Source: Paragordius varius
Taxonomy: Eukaryota; Animalia; Nematomorpha
Reading direction: 5' to 3'
Assembly (NCBI GenBank): GCA_964247055.1
Contig: OZ176050.1
Coordinates: forward strand, 2,728,001 to 2,792,000
DNA length: 64,000 nucleotides
The translations under genes and the position numbers were made by a program. Positions 45,331-59,296 of this stretch are shown here, piece by piece (within the stretch, counting starts at the first letter, position 1; each line of letters starts with the position of its first letter). The notes under the pieces were generated by a model. The model was not told where the DNA came from. It did not search any database and saw nothing but the letters and a program-made list of their open reading frames with translations.

Positions 45331-47704
45331 ATGAAACGACCATGGTCCCTACTTTTTGGGATTATTTTTTCGATCAAAAATATTAATCTAGATGCAATTT
45401 TGGAAATTTTATTCTCATTTCTCGATAAAATTGGTGTGTTTCTTGGACCAGTATATATTTATTATAATTTTAGATATTAATATTTTTAGTAGTTTCCATG
45501 GTCGCATCAGTTGTAATTATTTTTCATATGCTGTTTTTAAACGAGATACTTAATAATTATAACACATTCGGCAAGTTATTTATTTGGATATTGGGTCACT
45601 ACTTCCTGTGTCAAATCGTATTGTTTTATTTTAAAGCTTTGATGATTTCGCCCGGTTACCCTAAAACAGTAGTTTTTCAGTAATTTTTTAGGTTACAGAT
45701 CTAAATTATAATTTTTGTAAAAAGTGCAATAACATTAAACCGGCCCGTACTCATCATTGCTCACTTTGCAAACGGTGTGTCCTTAAAATGGATCATCATT
45801 GTCGTAATAATATATTTTTGATGCTTTTTAGCTTGGCTCAACACATGTGTTGGACACTTCAATCATAGATACTTTTATTTATTTATGCTTTTTACTGCAC
45901 TTGGATGCACATACGTAGTTTATCATGTCTTCCCATATTTTTATTCTTATGTCCTGCCTGATTACGTTTTATAAATGACTAATTTTTTAGTTTTGGTGGA
46001 GTATTTTGAACATTGAATCTTACAATATGGTAGCTTTTAAATCTGATTTACACAAGGCTATCTTATTACAATACCCTCAAGTACATTACTTTATTTCTCT
46101 TTACACTGATTTAATTCATTCAACACTATGTGTATTTTATTATAGCAAAAAATATGAAAACCTTGGATTAAAATTAAACTAATAAACTTATGTAAAACAG
46201 TTGTATTTGTATTATTAACTTTATCGGTGTTTCATCTAATTTATGTATTTAAGAATGATATTAGCAGTATAAGTATTTCAACAAAATATTATGAAAATTA
46301 TATTTATGTTTTTTTATATTTAAAAAATAAGGCTCAGACGATATGCGTTTTATAATTTAAATTTTGTTTAAAATGTGGTATAATATATTATTTTTTAATT
46401 GTACAGCACACTATAACCCAGAACATGGTTACACAAAGCGTCATTTATAAAAATTTGATTGCTTATGAATTTTTGCTTCCTTTAGTCGCTGCCTTTTCCC
46501 TTTGTAAGTGTTTATAATTTTAAATTGTTTAATATATAGCTGGAAAATACTTTTAATTATACTGCTGGTAGGCATGGTCTTTACCATCGAAGTAAGCTTA
46601 AAAACCAATTTTGGATCGCATTTATAATAAATATTATGATGCCATTTTTTGTTCATTTTTTGTTCATTATATTTTCATTTTTTTCATCGGTTATTTTATT
46701 TAATGGAATCACACCTAATGCATTTAATCAAACTCATTTAAATAAATGTTTTCTGGTAATGTTTTCAAACATATATGTTTTTTCGAATAGGCTTAAATTT
46801 AGAATCTTTTCAAATTGTATGTTGTGGTTTTACCCGCTAAATTTTAATGTTTTGACGTTATAATTGAATCGATAATGTTATATATTCCAAAAAAATTTGA
46901 GTTATTATACTATCATAGATTGCTTATTGCTTTGGCATGGTTACTTAATTACACGAGGCGAAACGAGTATTGAAACATATGTTAACCGTGATCGCAAAAA
47001 AGATTTACTAAAGTTTTCTAGCCTATATAACGGCGACTCACCTTCAAAATATGAAAACCCATATGACTTGGGTTGGAAAAATAATTGGAAACTTATGTTT
47101 GGTTCCAATACAATAAGGTAATGAATGGTTCGTAATAACTTTTATTGTAAAATATAAATCATGATTTGATATAATATTTTTAAATAATTATTTATTTAGG
47201 GGAATATTGTACACGATATTTGTACCATCTTTCCATGATATTCGCCTAATATGTCGTGCATTTTGGAAAAACCGAACACATGCCTACAATAAAAGGGATA
47301 ACGATACATTACATTCCATTTCGGCCATTGGTGATGGTTATTGTTGGGACCCGAATTATCTTTTAACATCCCTTAAGCATTTTGATTCCAGTAAAAAGCC
47401 TCTCAAGAATGAAAATAATTATATATCCCCACAAAATCCTAATATAATAAAAGAGGGGAGGTGTTTAAATAGGTCAGATCGATACACTAATTCTGTGGCA
47501 GTTCCCATTCCATCCTATCAATTGTACAATAATGCTCATACTAATTCTTCTCATTCCAATGAACAAAATATTGTTAATTTTTATACGGATCAAAAGGAAT
47601 CCAATGTTAATATTTCTCCAATAACTGGTGTTGCAATTAATATGGCATCTGAACAAAACCCCAACATGAATACTCATAGCTTGAATCTAGTCAAAAACAT
47701 TTAA
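45331..47704 (+). CDS. ZDHHC16: DHHC palmitoyltransferase, ZDHHC16-like (about 483 aa, 8 exons)
   Basis: Exons 45331-45450, 45474-45668, 45692-45803, 45832-45965, 45991-46080, 46407-46503, 46919-47117, 47200-47704. [74 protein letters not shown]. Start codon uncertain. Confidence 0.88.
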
Positions 47705-49233
47705 AAAACCTTTTTTATGGTTTTATATAGAGTTTCGATATAATTTTAAAGTATAGGAAAAACGTGGATGTTTAAATCGAAAAAATATTATATACTTAAA
47801 AAATTAAAATAAATTTAAATGATATTAGCAATGTCCATACTTTTAAGTAGAAAAATTTTTTTATACACAGCAACTAGAAATTATGAATATTTTTTATATA
47901 ATTTACCAATATAATAATTATATCATCGCGAAATCTCGGAGTTTTTGCGTTTGTGTTGAGAAAATTATTTATTAGCGGGCCAAAAATTTAGATTTTCGGA
48001 GCCGTTATCTTAAAATTCATTTAGCTTTCACCGAAAGAATACTTGGCAAAATTTGTGAAAAAAATATTATATGGAGCAATTACCACAAAAAATGGTAAAC
48101 GCTCTCTTATATTACTTGTAAGGCCTAAAACAAAAAGCACCATGAGCCCTTAATACATCTATGTTTAAAAAAATAATCATTGCATTAGGATATTTTTTCC
48201 CAATTTTGTCCACTGTTTCAATAAATACAACGCTAAAGCCTTGCATAATATTCCGCCTTTAATTGGAAACATATGGATATTCGCTTTGTCAAAGTCGGAT
48301 AAATTAAAGTGCAACACAATTTTATTCCGCTCTCGTGAAATGATTTAACTTGCATCAATTTAAAAATTGCATAATGTGGTGGGACATCTGCATGTCTATT
48401 TACCAGGCGCGCATGAAATGGTTTTTAGGCCATTCTACATATCGAGATAGCTTCACAATGTAAACATAAGCTTCAAAACTATTTTTAAAAAATTTTAATA
48501 GAAATAAAATAAACTATAAAACACACGTTTAAGTTATCAATGGAAATTAAAATAAATAAATAATTGGAATAGCAAACCGCGGTTCCGGTTTAAAATGGTT
48601 TCAAAACGCTAGTTCATAACTACATAATTTAGATTTCCTGGATTTACTTTTACTTAAAACTGTAAAATGTTTATGATAGTTTTAGGGTCATCTATTATTT
48701 TATACCAATCAAAGATGCAGGCCAACAAAGTCGTAGTGCTTACTTTCCGCTGTGTTGGCTCGGTCATTTTTGGTGAACCTACATTACATAAAGCTTGCAA
48801 GGTTTTTCCAGGTAAATGTGAAAAGTGAAAACCTCGCACCAACTTATGTACCGTATATTTAAAGACTATAAAATGCAATTCAAAGCTTAAGCACTGCCAC
48901 TAATTTTATTTGAGAATACCATAAATACATATATCTTTTGAATATGGATATTAAAAAACATAACTTACATAATTCTAAAATTTATTAATCATGTTAACCT
49001 ATATCATAATGATATGGTTTAACTAGACTTTTTATTAATTATGATGAAAATTAAAGAAATTTACTAATTTCAAATATTTTTATACACAGTTACCACCGAA
49101 TAAGAAAGGGTATCGTTAATAAAAAAAATTAAAGGTAAAGTTTTTGGAGTATAGATAAAAACAATATTATCAGGTTACATAAATATATGCATTCATTATA
49201 TCAAATTGATAAATCAACGGTAATTGTTTGCTT

Positions 49234-52200
49234 TTACCACACGTTGCATTTTTTCACCGGATTCATTTTACTGCCGATTGGGCAGTTATAAGCATTTGAG
49301 AAATCTATTGAATTTGATAGCGGTCCAATTACTCTATAATATTGCATATACAATAAATTAGCATAAAAAATTATAAGATATAATTAAATGCAAGTCAATT
49401 CACCAGATTTTACTTCCAAACTGATATTTTTTATTTTTAAAGTGGCTGAGTTTCTTGATACTACCGTGCCTAAATATTAGTTACCGATTTTTTATAATAT
49501 GAAGGTCGATAATAAAATTACCTAATAGGTCCTGGACTGTGAACGGATGAATGTATTTTATTTAAGGCTTCCTCAGGTCTCATCGAACCACACCATATCT
49601 GTAATTTTATATATAAATTAATTTATGATTTTGAAAAAAAAAATTCGAATGGCAAAAAATATTAGCTTACCTGAGCATAATTTAAAAAGAAAAGTTGATT
49701 ATGTGTCAAATTCAGTGAAGGTATTAATTTTTCGGATCCGTGTTTTTTAACCCATTTTTGATAGGCCTATCAAATAAAAAGAATGTTAATTTTTAAACAA
49801 TTTTGTTAAATGAGTAAGCTGATATATTACTCTAAAAGCTTGTTTTAGACCCCCGTTATCAGCAATATTTTCACCCTGGGTGTTGCGTCCATTAATCTAA
49901 TGCATAAATTGGTAAGTCATATTCAGAAATAAGTAAAAATGCCTATAGAAAAGTATTGTTTCATTTAAATACTAAGAATATTTGTTCTTACATATAAATC
50001 GATTTCCTTTAACTTGTATTTGGAATATTGTTCTATGATACATTTAGCCTGTGTACGAAAGGCGCTTATGGTAGAATTATTCCACCATTGTTTAAGGTTT
50101 CCATCCTTATCAAATTGGCGGCCTTTCTCATCAAAACCATGCGTTATTTCATGGCCAATAACTACCCCGATGCCTCCATAATTTAACGATCTATATAATA
50201 AAAAAATATATTTAAACCAAAAAAAATTAAAATAGCTGGGATAATTAAATTCTTAAATACTTGGGAAATGTGTCGCTATAGAAGAGTGGCTGTAAAATTC
50301 CTGCTGGAATAACTAAACAAAGATGATACAATATTTTAAATAATCATAGGACATGAATAATAACCGAAAATATGAGAAATACCAATATTATTTTTGTTTG
50401 GACTGTAAAACGCGTTAACCACCGCGGGACCAGTTGACCATCTAAAATAGGGTAAAATTGAAAATCCTAAACTTTACATTAAATTTTTTGAAAAAACTTA
50501 ACAAAAAAAGTTTGACTTCAATATTGTAAAATGGCTTTCAAATTAAATTTATAATTAAAAAAAGTTTAAATACCTATCCCTATCTACCGGTCGATGTAAA
50601 TCTCTATAATTTTTTACAACTTGATATTTGTTGATGGCAATAACGTTATTTAAGAAGTCTTGATTTGGGTTTATCTGTACCATAAAATAATTGCAATATT
50701 GAGATAAAATTCATGAAACCAGTGTTTAAAAATAGATTATACCCCTTCATATTCCTTTAGCAATTCCGTATCGTTAAAAATATATTCAGGATATCCGATT
50801 AGCTCACTCATTGCATTGGCCTATAAAAGAAAGCGCTGTATTTAACTCAAAATTATCATACTTTTTCTTCTGCTACTTTGCGAGTGTTGCTATCCATCCA
50901 TGAATTAGATTCCAACAGCTCATTGAAAGCGTCTCTAATGTCATGAATCATTTCCATAGCCTAGACATCATCCAAAAAAATATTTTTGTTTTTTTGATAT
51001 ATGTTAGAATTCGTCAAAATATCAACGTAAATGGTAAGGGTGAGATATTAAGTCCGATATTTACCAAATTACAAAGCATAAAAACGCTAAGGGTTTTAGA
51101 AAAGACGATTTGTCTTAATTATTACTAGGGTTATCCAATTGTACATTAACTTTCTCATACTCACTCATTTAGGGTAATATTAAATAGTTTTATGGTTTTT
51201 TAGAATTTGCTTAAATCTACCGATTCTTTGCTATTGTTTTTGAAGTGTTGACGAACAAACATGGTGCCGACCGGCATTTCTAAATGTTCGTTCACATAAT
51301 CCACACATTGTTGCCATTTTATGACAGGAGCTGAAACACCAAATATCACTTTACGAAATTCAAAAAGGGCTTCCAAGTACCCTTTGGACATGTATGGTAT
51401 GAAGGAGTTGACATGGCGCCATAAAGCATAATTAACAAGTTTTCTAAAATTAATATTAGATAAAAACAATGTTTATTCATAGTATTTATTGATTGAAATA
51501 TTTTCCTAGTCCTTTTTTTAAAAAAATACTCTTAAATTTAGATAGAAACTCTATCATTGGTTCAATCGACTCTCAGATCAATGTTCAGAAAAAATGTTCA
51601 ATTAAAAAACTTGCTTATTGGTATTATTTTATGTGAGTTAAAATAATAAATGTACTGAAGCTGTTCAGAATGCTTGCCTAAAAACTAATTTTATCAATCC
51701 AAACGGTTGTGGTAATATTTAACACTTCTAAAATGCTCCCTATCAAAATACCAAAATTTATTATATCTAATTTAACGGTTACATGAAGAAGATGTATATC
51801 GTTAAGCTTTTTCTTTGAACCAAAAATTTTGGTTAAAATATGTTAATCTGCAAAATATTTTTGAAAAATACGGTATCGCATCTAATAAAAAAATTTAAAA
51901 TTTTTATTGGTGGGTATTAAAATGCAAAAAAAATTTTTGCCATTATAACATATGAGCAAAATGCGCAATAAGGCTATCTTGACGCTAAAAAAAGTGGACT
52001 CGTATAAAAAATTTAAGTTTAGTTCTTTTTTAAAGATTTTAAAGTGTCCTCTTTCAATTAATTTATTAATGATGCAACTAAATATTTTATCAAAATATTT
52101 TTTGCTACAATTTCGAAAATTACGTTTTTTTCTAAAAGTATATTTTTATATTTTTATTTATATAACTAAATAGATTACGGATAAAAATTTGGTTTTATAT

Positions 52201-55200
52201 TTTTTATATTTATAAAATGCTTATAGCACGAAGTTAACACCCATAAGTAAAAAAGAATTGAATCACAAAAGTCGGCACGGTGGGATAACTATTTTTTAAG
52301 TAGAATATTAAGTTTAAAAAAGTTAATAATCTATATATTTATAAAAATGGAAAATGCTGGCTTTATGATCTGTTTCCGGAAAACCGGTAGACCCATTCAT
52401 ATCCAAATGTCGATAAAATATAATTATTAATGAATGCCCCGACAATAGGTTCGCCCTTTTTTGAATTAGGCCCCCAGTTCGGACCCACCCCGTGTGAAAA
52501 ACGGGTTTTTTTTGAAAACAGAAGTCCACAAAAATCGTGTCTTTGAGACAACTTTCCGGATAACGTGTTGGACAATTCAATTTCAAATATGATTTTTGTT
52601 TACTTATTTTCGATTGCGCCGAACATAGTCGTCTCGCTTTTTTAATTTAGGCCCTCTTTTTACCCGCTTCCCCCGTAAAATGCCATTTTTCCAAAAAACA
52701 AAAGTCTACAAAAATAATTTTTTGATTCTATTTTTCGCCCAAGGTATAAAACCGTAAAAATTCAATAAAGATTTAAGGTATTCCCTGTTAAAAGGCAAAC
52801 TTAGTCAAGCGTTTCTTTGATGATAGCTGCTGAGTAAGAAGCTACCCACGAAAAAGTGACCCGTCATATCGGAATAGCGTGCTTTTGGGGCTAAGTTTCA
52901 GAAAACCTATCAGGCCATATAAGTTCAATAGCTGCTTAAAATATTACCCGTAACAAGGCAAAAATTTAGATCGTGCGGTTTTTTAAAATTAGCCGTTAAT
53001 TAATCCCTTCATGCTCTGAAAAATGCGCCACCATAGAATGATTTCATAATCTTGAGGCAATTAAAAACTAATAAGAGCATATGGAATCAATCATGATTCC
53101 AGGTATTCTCCGTATAAAGGAAAAATTTAATCAGGCGCTCTTTTTGTATCAGCCTCTGGGTAGGGAGCTACCCGCCAAAAACTGCGCCACTATATAGAAA
53201 TTACGTTGTTTTGGAACTATTTTAAAGACTTATGCCATATGAGCTCATTGTTCGAAATATTACCCGTAACTAGGTCAAAATTAAGGTCAGGCCTTTTTTT
53301 ATTAGATGTTAATTTGGGGCCTTTATGCCCTAATACGCCATCATATAACTATTATTTAGTGTTGAGGTATTTTTTCGAATAACCCATGAGACGATGGTCT
53401 CAGCGCATTTTCCATATAGGCGTAAGGGTAGGGGTCTACCGGTTTAAAACTGAGACGCCATACAAAAATGGCGTGGCTTTGGAGATAATTTTCAAAAAAC
53501 TTAAGAAGCCACGCGAGTTCACTTAAGGCTTTAAATATTACGCATAAAAAGGTAAAAATATATAGTATAGCGGTTTTTTCCGTTAGCCGTCAATTCGGGG
53601 CCTTTATACCAGTAAACAATATATTAGTATGAAAGCAACATTTAGAAAATCCTATGAGCTCATTATTAAAAAATATTTCGAAATAATCCACATATATGGA
53701 TCATTTTATTGATCCCTTTTTTCAAATAGCCCTCCCCGGAAGTCCGAAGGACTTCCCGTGCGTAGCAGCACGAGATTTGCGCTAGTTATGATATAAAATA
53801 TATCGAACATAAACCTTCTCGGCGTGGTAGAAAATAACTTTCCCATAAAAACCAGAAAGCGTTCGGAGTAGACAACGATTTGTTCATGTTCTGATATTTT
53901 AGATGTTCCAGGGATGTTCTTAAAGAATTTCATCCAATCAAACTATGAGTTAAAATAGAATTTACTTGAGGGACAATTTGTTTGAGCTGTTGAATTTTCA
54001 TTTTGAGGTAGAAAGCGCTCGCATCATGTCTATCAGCATTTGGAACTGATGCCTATACATATCATAAAAAATTTATTAATATTTTAAAACGTTGTTATGT
54101 ATAAAAAAAATTAACTCTTAAAATAATATTACTATGATTAAATGTAGACTTGGTTAAAATATATATAATTAGTTATGTAAAATTTGAACTAAATTACAAC
54201 ATACTAAAGCGATTTCAGTTTCAAGATCCACAATCTCATCCGCTTCTTGTTGAGCTCTAGGACCGCCCCCACCCATGAGCAGTACAACGGCATAGACGAG
54301 CCTTTTGTAAGCGCGGATAATCAAAGTTTCTTCCGAATTTAAATAGTATTCACGGCTTGGCAAAACAAATGAATTTTGATCCACCTAATAAAAATTCGTG
54401 AAATTTAATTTATTGAAGAGCCTTTTTACTTTAGTCTTAATATTTGTATTATACTATTGAACTAAATATTTACCTGCAGAATATTCATAGAAGAATTTTT
54501 ATCGTCAGGACCGACCATGATTTCCATATAAGCCGGTGTGTTATAGGATATTAATTGAGCTAATAAAACTTCGATTGAAAAATTGTTGGCTGGATTCCAA
54601 GTTTCATTCAAGATCGGCCATCCACCCATTGATTTTAGAGTTTCTTTTATCGGTTCTTCAGCGTTTTCACCTAGTGTTACAAAAAATAAGTGTAATAGCG
54701 TCTTGTCGGATTTTTATGCGGCCGGATGTAATTTTATTCTTATTTTTAACCAAAAAATCAAGTGACCTAAACCTAAGAAAAGTCGAAGTTTAATTCACCG
54801 CATAAATTTCAAAAATTCATAATGCAATTTTAAAATGATATGTACTTGCATTTAGACAAGATTGGTATAATAATTTAGCTTTGTTTACAGCTATGAGATC
54901 GGTTGCATTAATAGGTTCTTCCAATAATTCTAGAAAACAAAATTATTTAGACATATTTTTTAATTATCCACAAAATATATAAAAATATATTATCAACCTT
55001 TTAACAGGATTTGAAGTTTGGATGATAAAACTTCGAAAGTACTGATACTACTTCTATCTTCGGGTATGATATGATATCGATTCCAAGATCCACAAGCAAA
55101 TTGATAAAAGTCATCACAGGGGTCGGCCTGAACATCCATACCTTCCATCAAAATTGCCGCTTTGATTGAAAAAATGGTTGGTTTATATATTGTAATATAT

Positions 55201-56910
55201 GGCGATAAATATTTTATTATTAATTGATTTGTCTCTTTAACTCAGCAAAAATATTCAATATTTTTTCATCAAAGAAACATGTTGAATGAACCGAAGACGA
55301 GAAATAAGAGCAGGGATGAACGCGCTCAGTATTAGATAATATGGTGTAAAATATATTTGGCTAATGAATAGAGACTATTTTATTTCCAACTGTATTTTAA
55401 CCCTTTACTTTTTTTCTATAGCCAATAGATTTAAATATTAGATAGAGCGTGTTGGATAACATGGAGTGTCAAGGGTCATTAAACAACCTTAATCACCTAG
55501 GCTTTATAAAATTTCAAAGATATAATTACATGGTTAATTCATAAATGACAGTCAAATACTTAACATTCGGTTGTATATTAAAAAATTAAATCTACGTAGT
55601 TTGAGCCTTGTTGGAATTTTAATGATATCGTTTGATTCCTGTTTTTAAATGAACCTCCAAACCAAAGAGTTTGCAGTCATGGTTGAAATTTGCATTGGGA
55701 ATGATAGCAAAGTGTACAAAAAGTGTTTTTTAGATTTAGAAACCTTTTAATTCAGTCGTAAATGTTTAAAATTATAGTTCCACATCTTGTATATAATCTA
55801 TTTTAACGGAGCATGTTAATCAGAAATCTGGGAAATTTAGGTCATTGGCTATGTGTTATTTAAATCAATAGTTATATAAAAATGACTTAAAATGGTAATC
55901 CCAAACTTCTAGCGTCTATTCTCTGACATAGCGTCAAAAACAAATTATATCAGTTATATATTGTTCATAACAGAGAAAAACAATGTCTCTTAACTACGTA
56001 TTAATTTAAAACTAACGAATGATATTATAGAAAAGAATAATTTTTGGTTTGTGAAGAAAATTTTTTAAAAAAAAATTCCCTCCTAAAATATACATTTTTT
56101 ATAGCAGAATATTATCAAATCGATTGTAAAGCTAGTTTTTGAAAATCATTATTTATTGAAATAATCGGCCAGAAAACGTATACTAACTCAAGCATAGATT
56201 TTTAAATTATATTTTAAGTAATAATATAATTGATGTGTAAACGTACCAACTTTTATACAATCCGGGGTGTAACAGACCTCTTGCCATTTGTTCATTTCTA
56301 TATTAATGGATAATATTTTTATATGTATATCATCTAGCACTTTGAAAAATCATATAATATTGATTGTACAATATATATAACTTTGTATAGCTTGATTTAA
56401 TTGTTTGCGGTTAAGGAGGGCATAGATTAGTAGTCCCAAGGCTGTGAGGGCTAACAAAAGCAGTGTTGATAACAGACAATACTTTAGCCTAATTTTGTGC
56501 TTTTTGTGATGTTTCCGATTTGCAGGTTGATCAGAGAGCAGTGTGCTTGATTTCCGAATATTGTTTCTAAGTTTTATCGGTTTGAAACTTAGGTTTTCTT
56601 CCACGCTATTCTTGTTTCCCAAAAAGGTTTCATTTTGGTTTTGTTGTTGATGTTTTCTTAGATCGGAAGGCACCAAAATATTACCGGACTCCTTTCCAAG
56701 CAAACTCGACGCCTCGTCACCCGTAGCATTATTAGCAGCGTAAGGGATAGATATTGGCGGATTGTAAGTTTGATTGATATTAATCTGTCTATTTTCGTCT
56801 ACATTGTCATGGTTGACATTAATAGGGGGCCTTTGAAGTGTTTCTGTTGTTTGAGTAGGATAATCACTTGAATGATGCATTATAAGACGGCGGCTTAAAA
56901 ACAACAACAA
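49234..56910 (-). CDS. M13 family zinc metalloendopeptidase (neprilysin/ECE-like), type II membrane protein, 19 exons
   Basis: Exons 56910-56382, 56333-56247, 55159-54998, 54929-54846, 54670-54474, 54384-54205, 54052-53966, 53942-53815, 51443-51221, 50960-50862, 50820-50743, 50674-50574, 50441-50383, 50312-50261, 50190-49992, 49896-49831, 49766-49671, 49598-49522, 49333-49234. TM anchor, [45 protein letters not shown], terminal KKCNVW. Confidence 0.93.
52330..53785 (+). mobile_element. Non-autonomous Helitron in the 2.4-kb neprilysin intron
   Basis: 5' A|TCTATATATTTATAAAAATGG; 3' hairpin CGTGC-gtagca-GCACG then AGATTTGCG-CTAG|T. Internal degenerate repeats of about 270-330 bp (GGGTAGGG.....CCG...AAAACTG). 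Confidence 0.82.
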
Positions 56911-59023
56911 AAGATTTGATTAAAATTAATAAAAGAGAATGGCTCATATTCCTGATCTGAGTAAAGGGTTGTAAATATATTCCTGAATATGCGATGATGT
57001 TGTAATAATAATCATGGTTAAGAGATTAAATATACATTCATTGAAATTGGTTATTTTTGTAATTGAAAGGCGTGCACGCTAAATATTAATTAGGACAAAA
57101 AAATTGGGAGTCTTCCATCCATTATATAACTTAAAATAAAAATTGAGAAAAATAATTAGTGGGAAAAATAAGATAGGTAGGTGGAAAGAGCAAAAGATCT
57201 ATTCATATATTCTCCTTGCATAATTGTGCTAAAAGGCAGAGCACATCTTTACTTTTTCGTAAAAAAATGGCTCTCAAATCCCAAAGGAATCAATTTTCAT
57301 AAATATTTAGAATAGGATAGGATAATAAGGAGTATAGTGATGAGGAGGTAATTATTATTAATATACCTTAGAATTCGACCTTCTCTTTATAAAATAATTG
57401 CAATATAGCGTTGACTTTTTCGAGGAATTTTTGTAGAATTCGATATTAGATACAAAATAATTATATTAACATCATCAAAATTTGACTAGATGAACGATTG
57501 AGATTAAAAATGGAAAAATTGAATATTTTTACATTCATCATTCATGTTAATTCAATAAGGGGGGTCTAAAAGAAGCATAGGCAAAAAATAATATTAATTC
57601 TCCAAAAATATCGTATTCATAAAACACTAATAAGTACACATGAATAAATACAGTAATACATTATAAATTCTTATCTATTTTTATTTTTATAGTAATATGT
57701 GCTGTATACAATATTTTAGATATATCTGCCATTTTAATTAAAAAAATTAAAAAAAATCTGGTTGCTTAGCAATATTTTTTTCTAATGATTTTCTTTTCGT
57801 TCTTTACTTACAATATTTATTTTACAGATTAAAAAATATTAAATCAGTAGTATATATATAGAGACAAAAAAGTTGTAAAAATGTGCGATCATCTCCTTTA
57901 AACACAGAGTATTCTTCATATGTCTTTATAGAATTTTTTTTAAATTTTCCACAAAATAGTCTAAAAATTGAAGTTAAAAATAAAGCCTAAGAGGGGGGCC
58001 TCTAACCAGTTTTAAATAAAATTCGTTATGTGGAATAATTCTTTTATATTATGTATATATATATATATAATTAAATTTGAGATATCACACTCTCGTTAAA
58101 AATTAATTAATTTTTCTTTTCGCATATATACCACATTACATAATAATAATTAAAAAAAATTGCTATATTTGTTGTGGAGATAAAATCACAATGCTGATAA
58201 TATTGAAATCAATATTTTGAATATTTTTGTTTTGTGTTATATATTTAGCAATCAAGATAAAAAAAACCTAAATATAATTTTATTCAATTATATTAAGTAC
58301 TTTCCGTAACAAATATGCACATTATATCTATATATATTATAAAAACTTTGTTGAAATTCATATTATTAAATAAAAAAAAGGTATTTTACCGCTTTTCGCT
58401 ACACAAAGCTGCTTTATTTAAATTTTATCATTGAGGCTGGTAGGTAAAGATTAGATTTAGCCTAAAATACGTTAACGTTATATCATTTGAGATATTATCT
58501 ATAATTAAACATCTTTTGAAAAAGATTATTTGATCGTTTTAGATATGGTGTCGGTTGTTTATACGAGATTTAAATTGATAAAAAATAAATTACCGTATAT
58601 TACTAAAAGACATTTTTTTATTTTTAACACTTCACCACCTGTTTAGTTTTGTGTCCTGAATCCAGCTCAATATTATAAATGAACTACAGTTTTGAAAGTT
58701 ATTTTAGTTAAAACTTAATTATCTAACATTGTTCTCAGATATTAGATATAGAGCTTAGATTTACAGATTTGTGACTTCTACATCCTAAAATTGGGACATC
58801 TCCAAAACACGATTGAAACGTACATATCAAGTTTTTGCTCTTAAAATGTTTTTTTTAGTTAATGAGATTTTTTAACCATAATATACATTTATTTGCCTAT
58901 TAGTGATTAAATAATATAAAAAATGGGAGCAAAAAAGTTTGATGAGGATTTTTTGAATAAATTGTATAATGCGCCTAAAAGGCTTAAGAAAGCATATTTT
59001 TAAATTTACTTAATACTTTAAAC

Positions 59024-59296
59024 CATGGTTTTCAAAAGGGTGGCAATGCCCCACCCAGGGGTAGAAAAATTTGGGGGGGGGGAGCAAAGATTTTGGAGAA
59101 TTTAATGAAAAATACTAGAAACAAATTGAAGGTAATGCGAATCTTAGGTGAAAATTATCAAAATGTGTCTTAGATATGGAAAAATATTTTGACATTGATA
59201 CTAGGAATTTGAATATTTATCTTTGTTTTTTTTTGGGGAGGGGGGGGGCACAATTTTTTTGGTTTGGTGGTGCTTAAAAAAGGTTGGGAACCACTG
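59024..59296. mobile_element. 273-bp hAT (Charlie-like) MITE
   Basis: Perfect 8-bp TSD CTTTAAAC on both sides; right TIR AGGTTGGGAACCACTG, degenerate left CATGGTTTTCAAAAGG. Confidence 0.85.

Noticed and set aside
48240-48880. Possible MULE transposase remnant on the minus strand
   Set aside because: Only vague resemblance and no termini identified; needs an HMM search.
54671-54845. Extra micro-exon in neprilysin near TTAG|GTTTAG|GT
   Set aside because: The candidate frames I tried reach stops; the direct 54846-to-54670 join is in phase, although a few residues shorter than expected.
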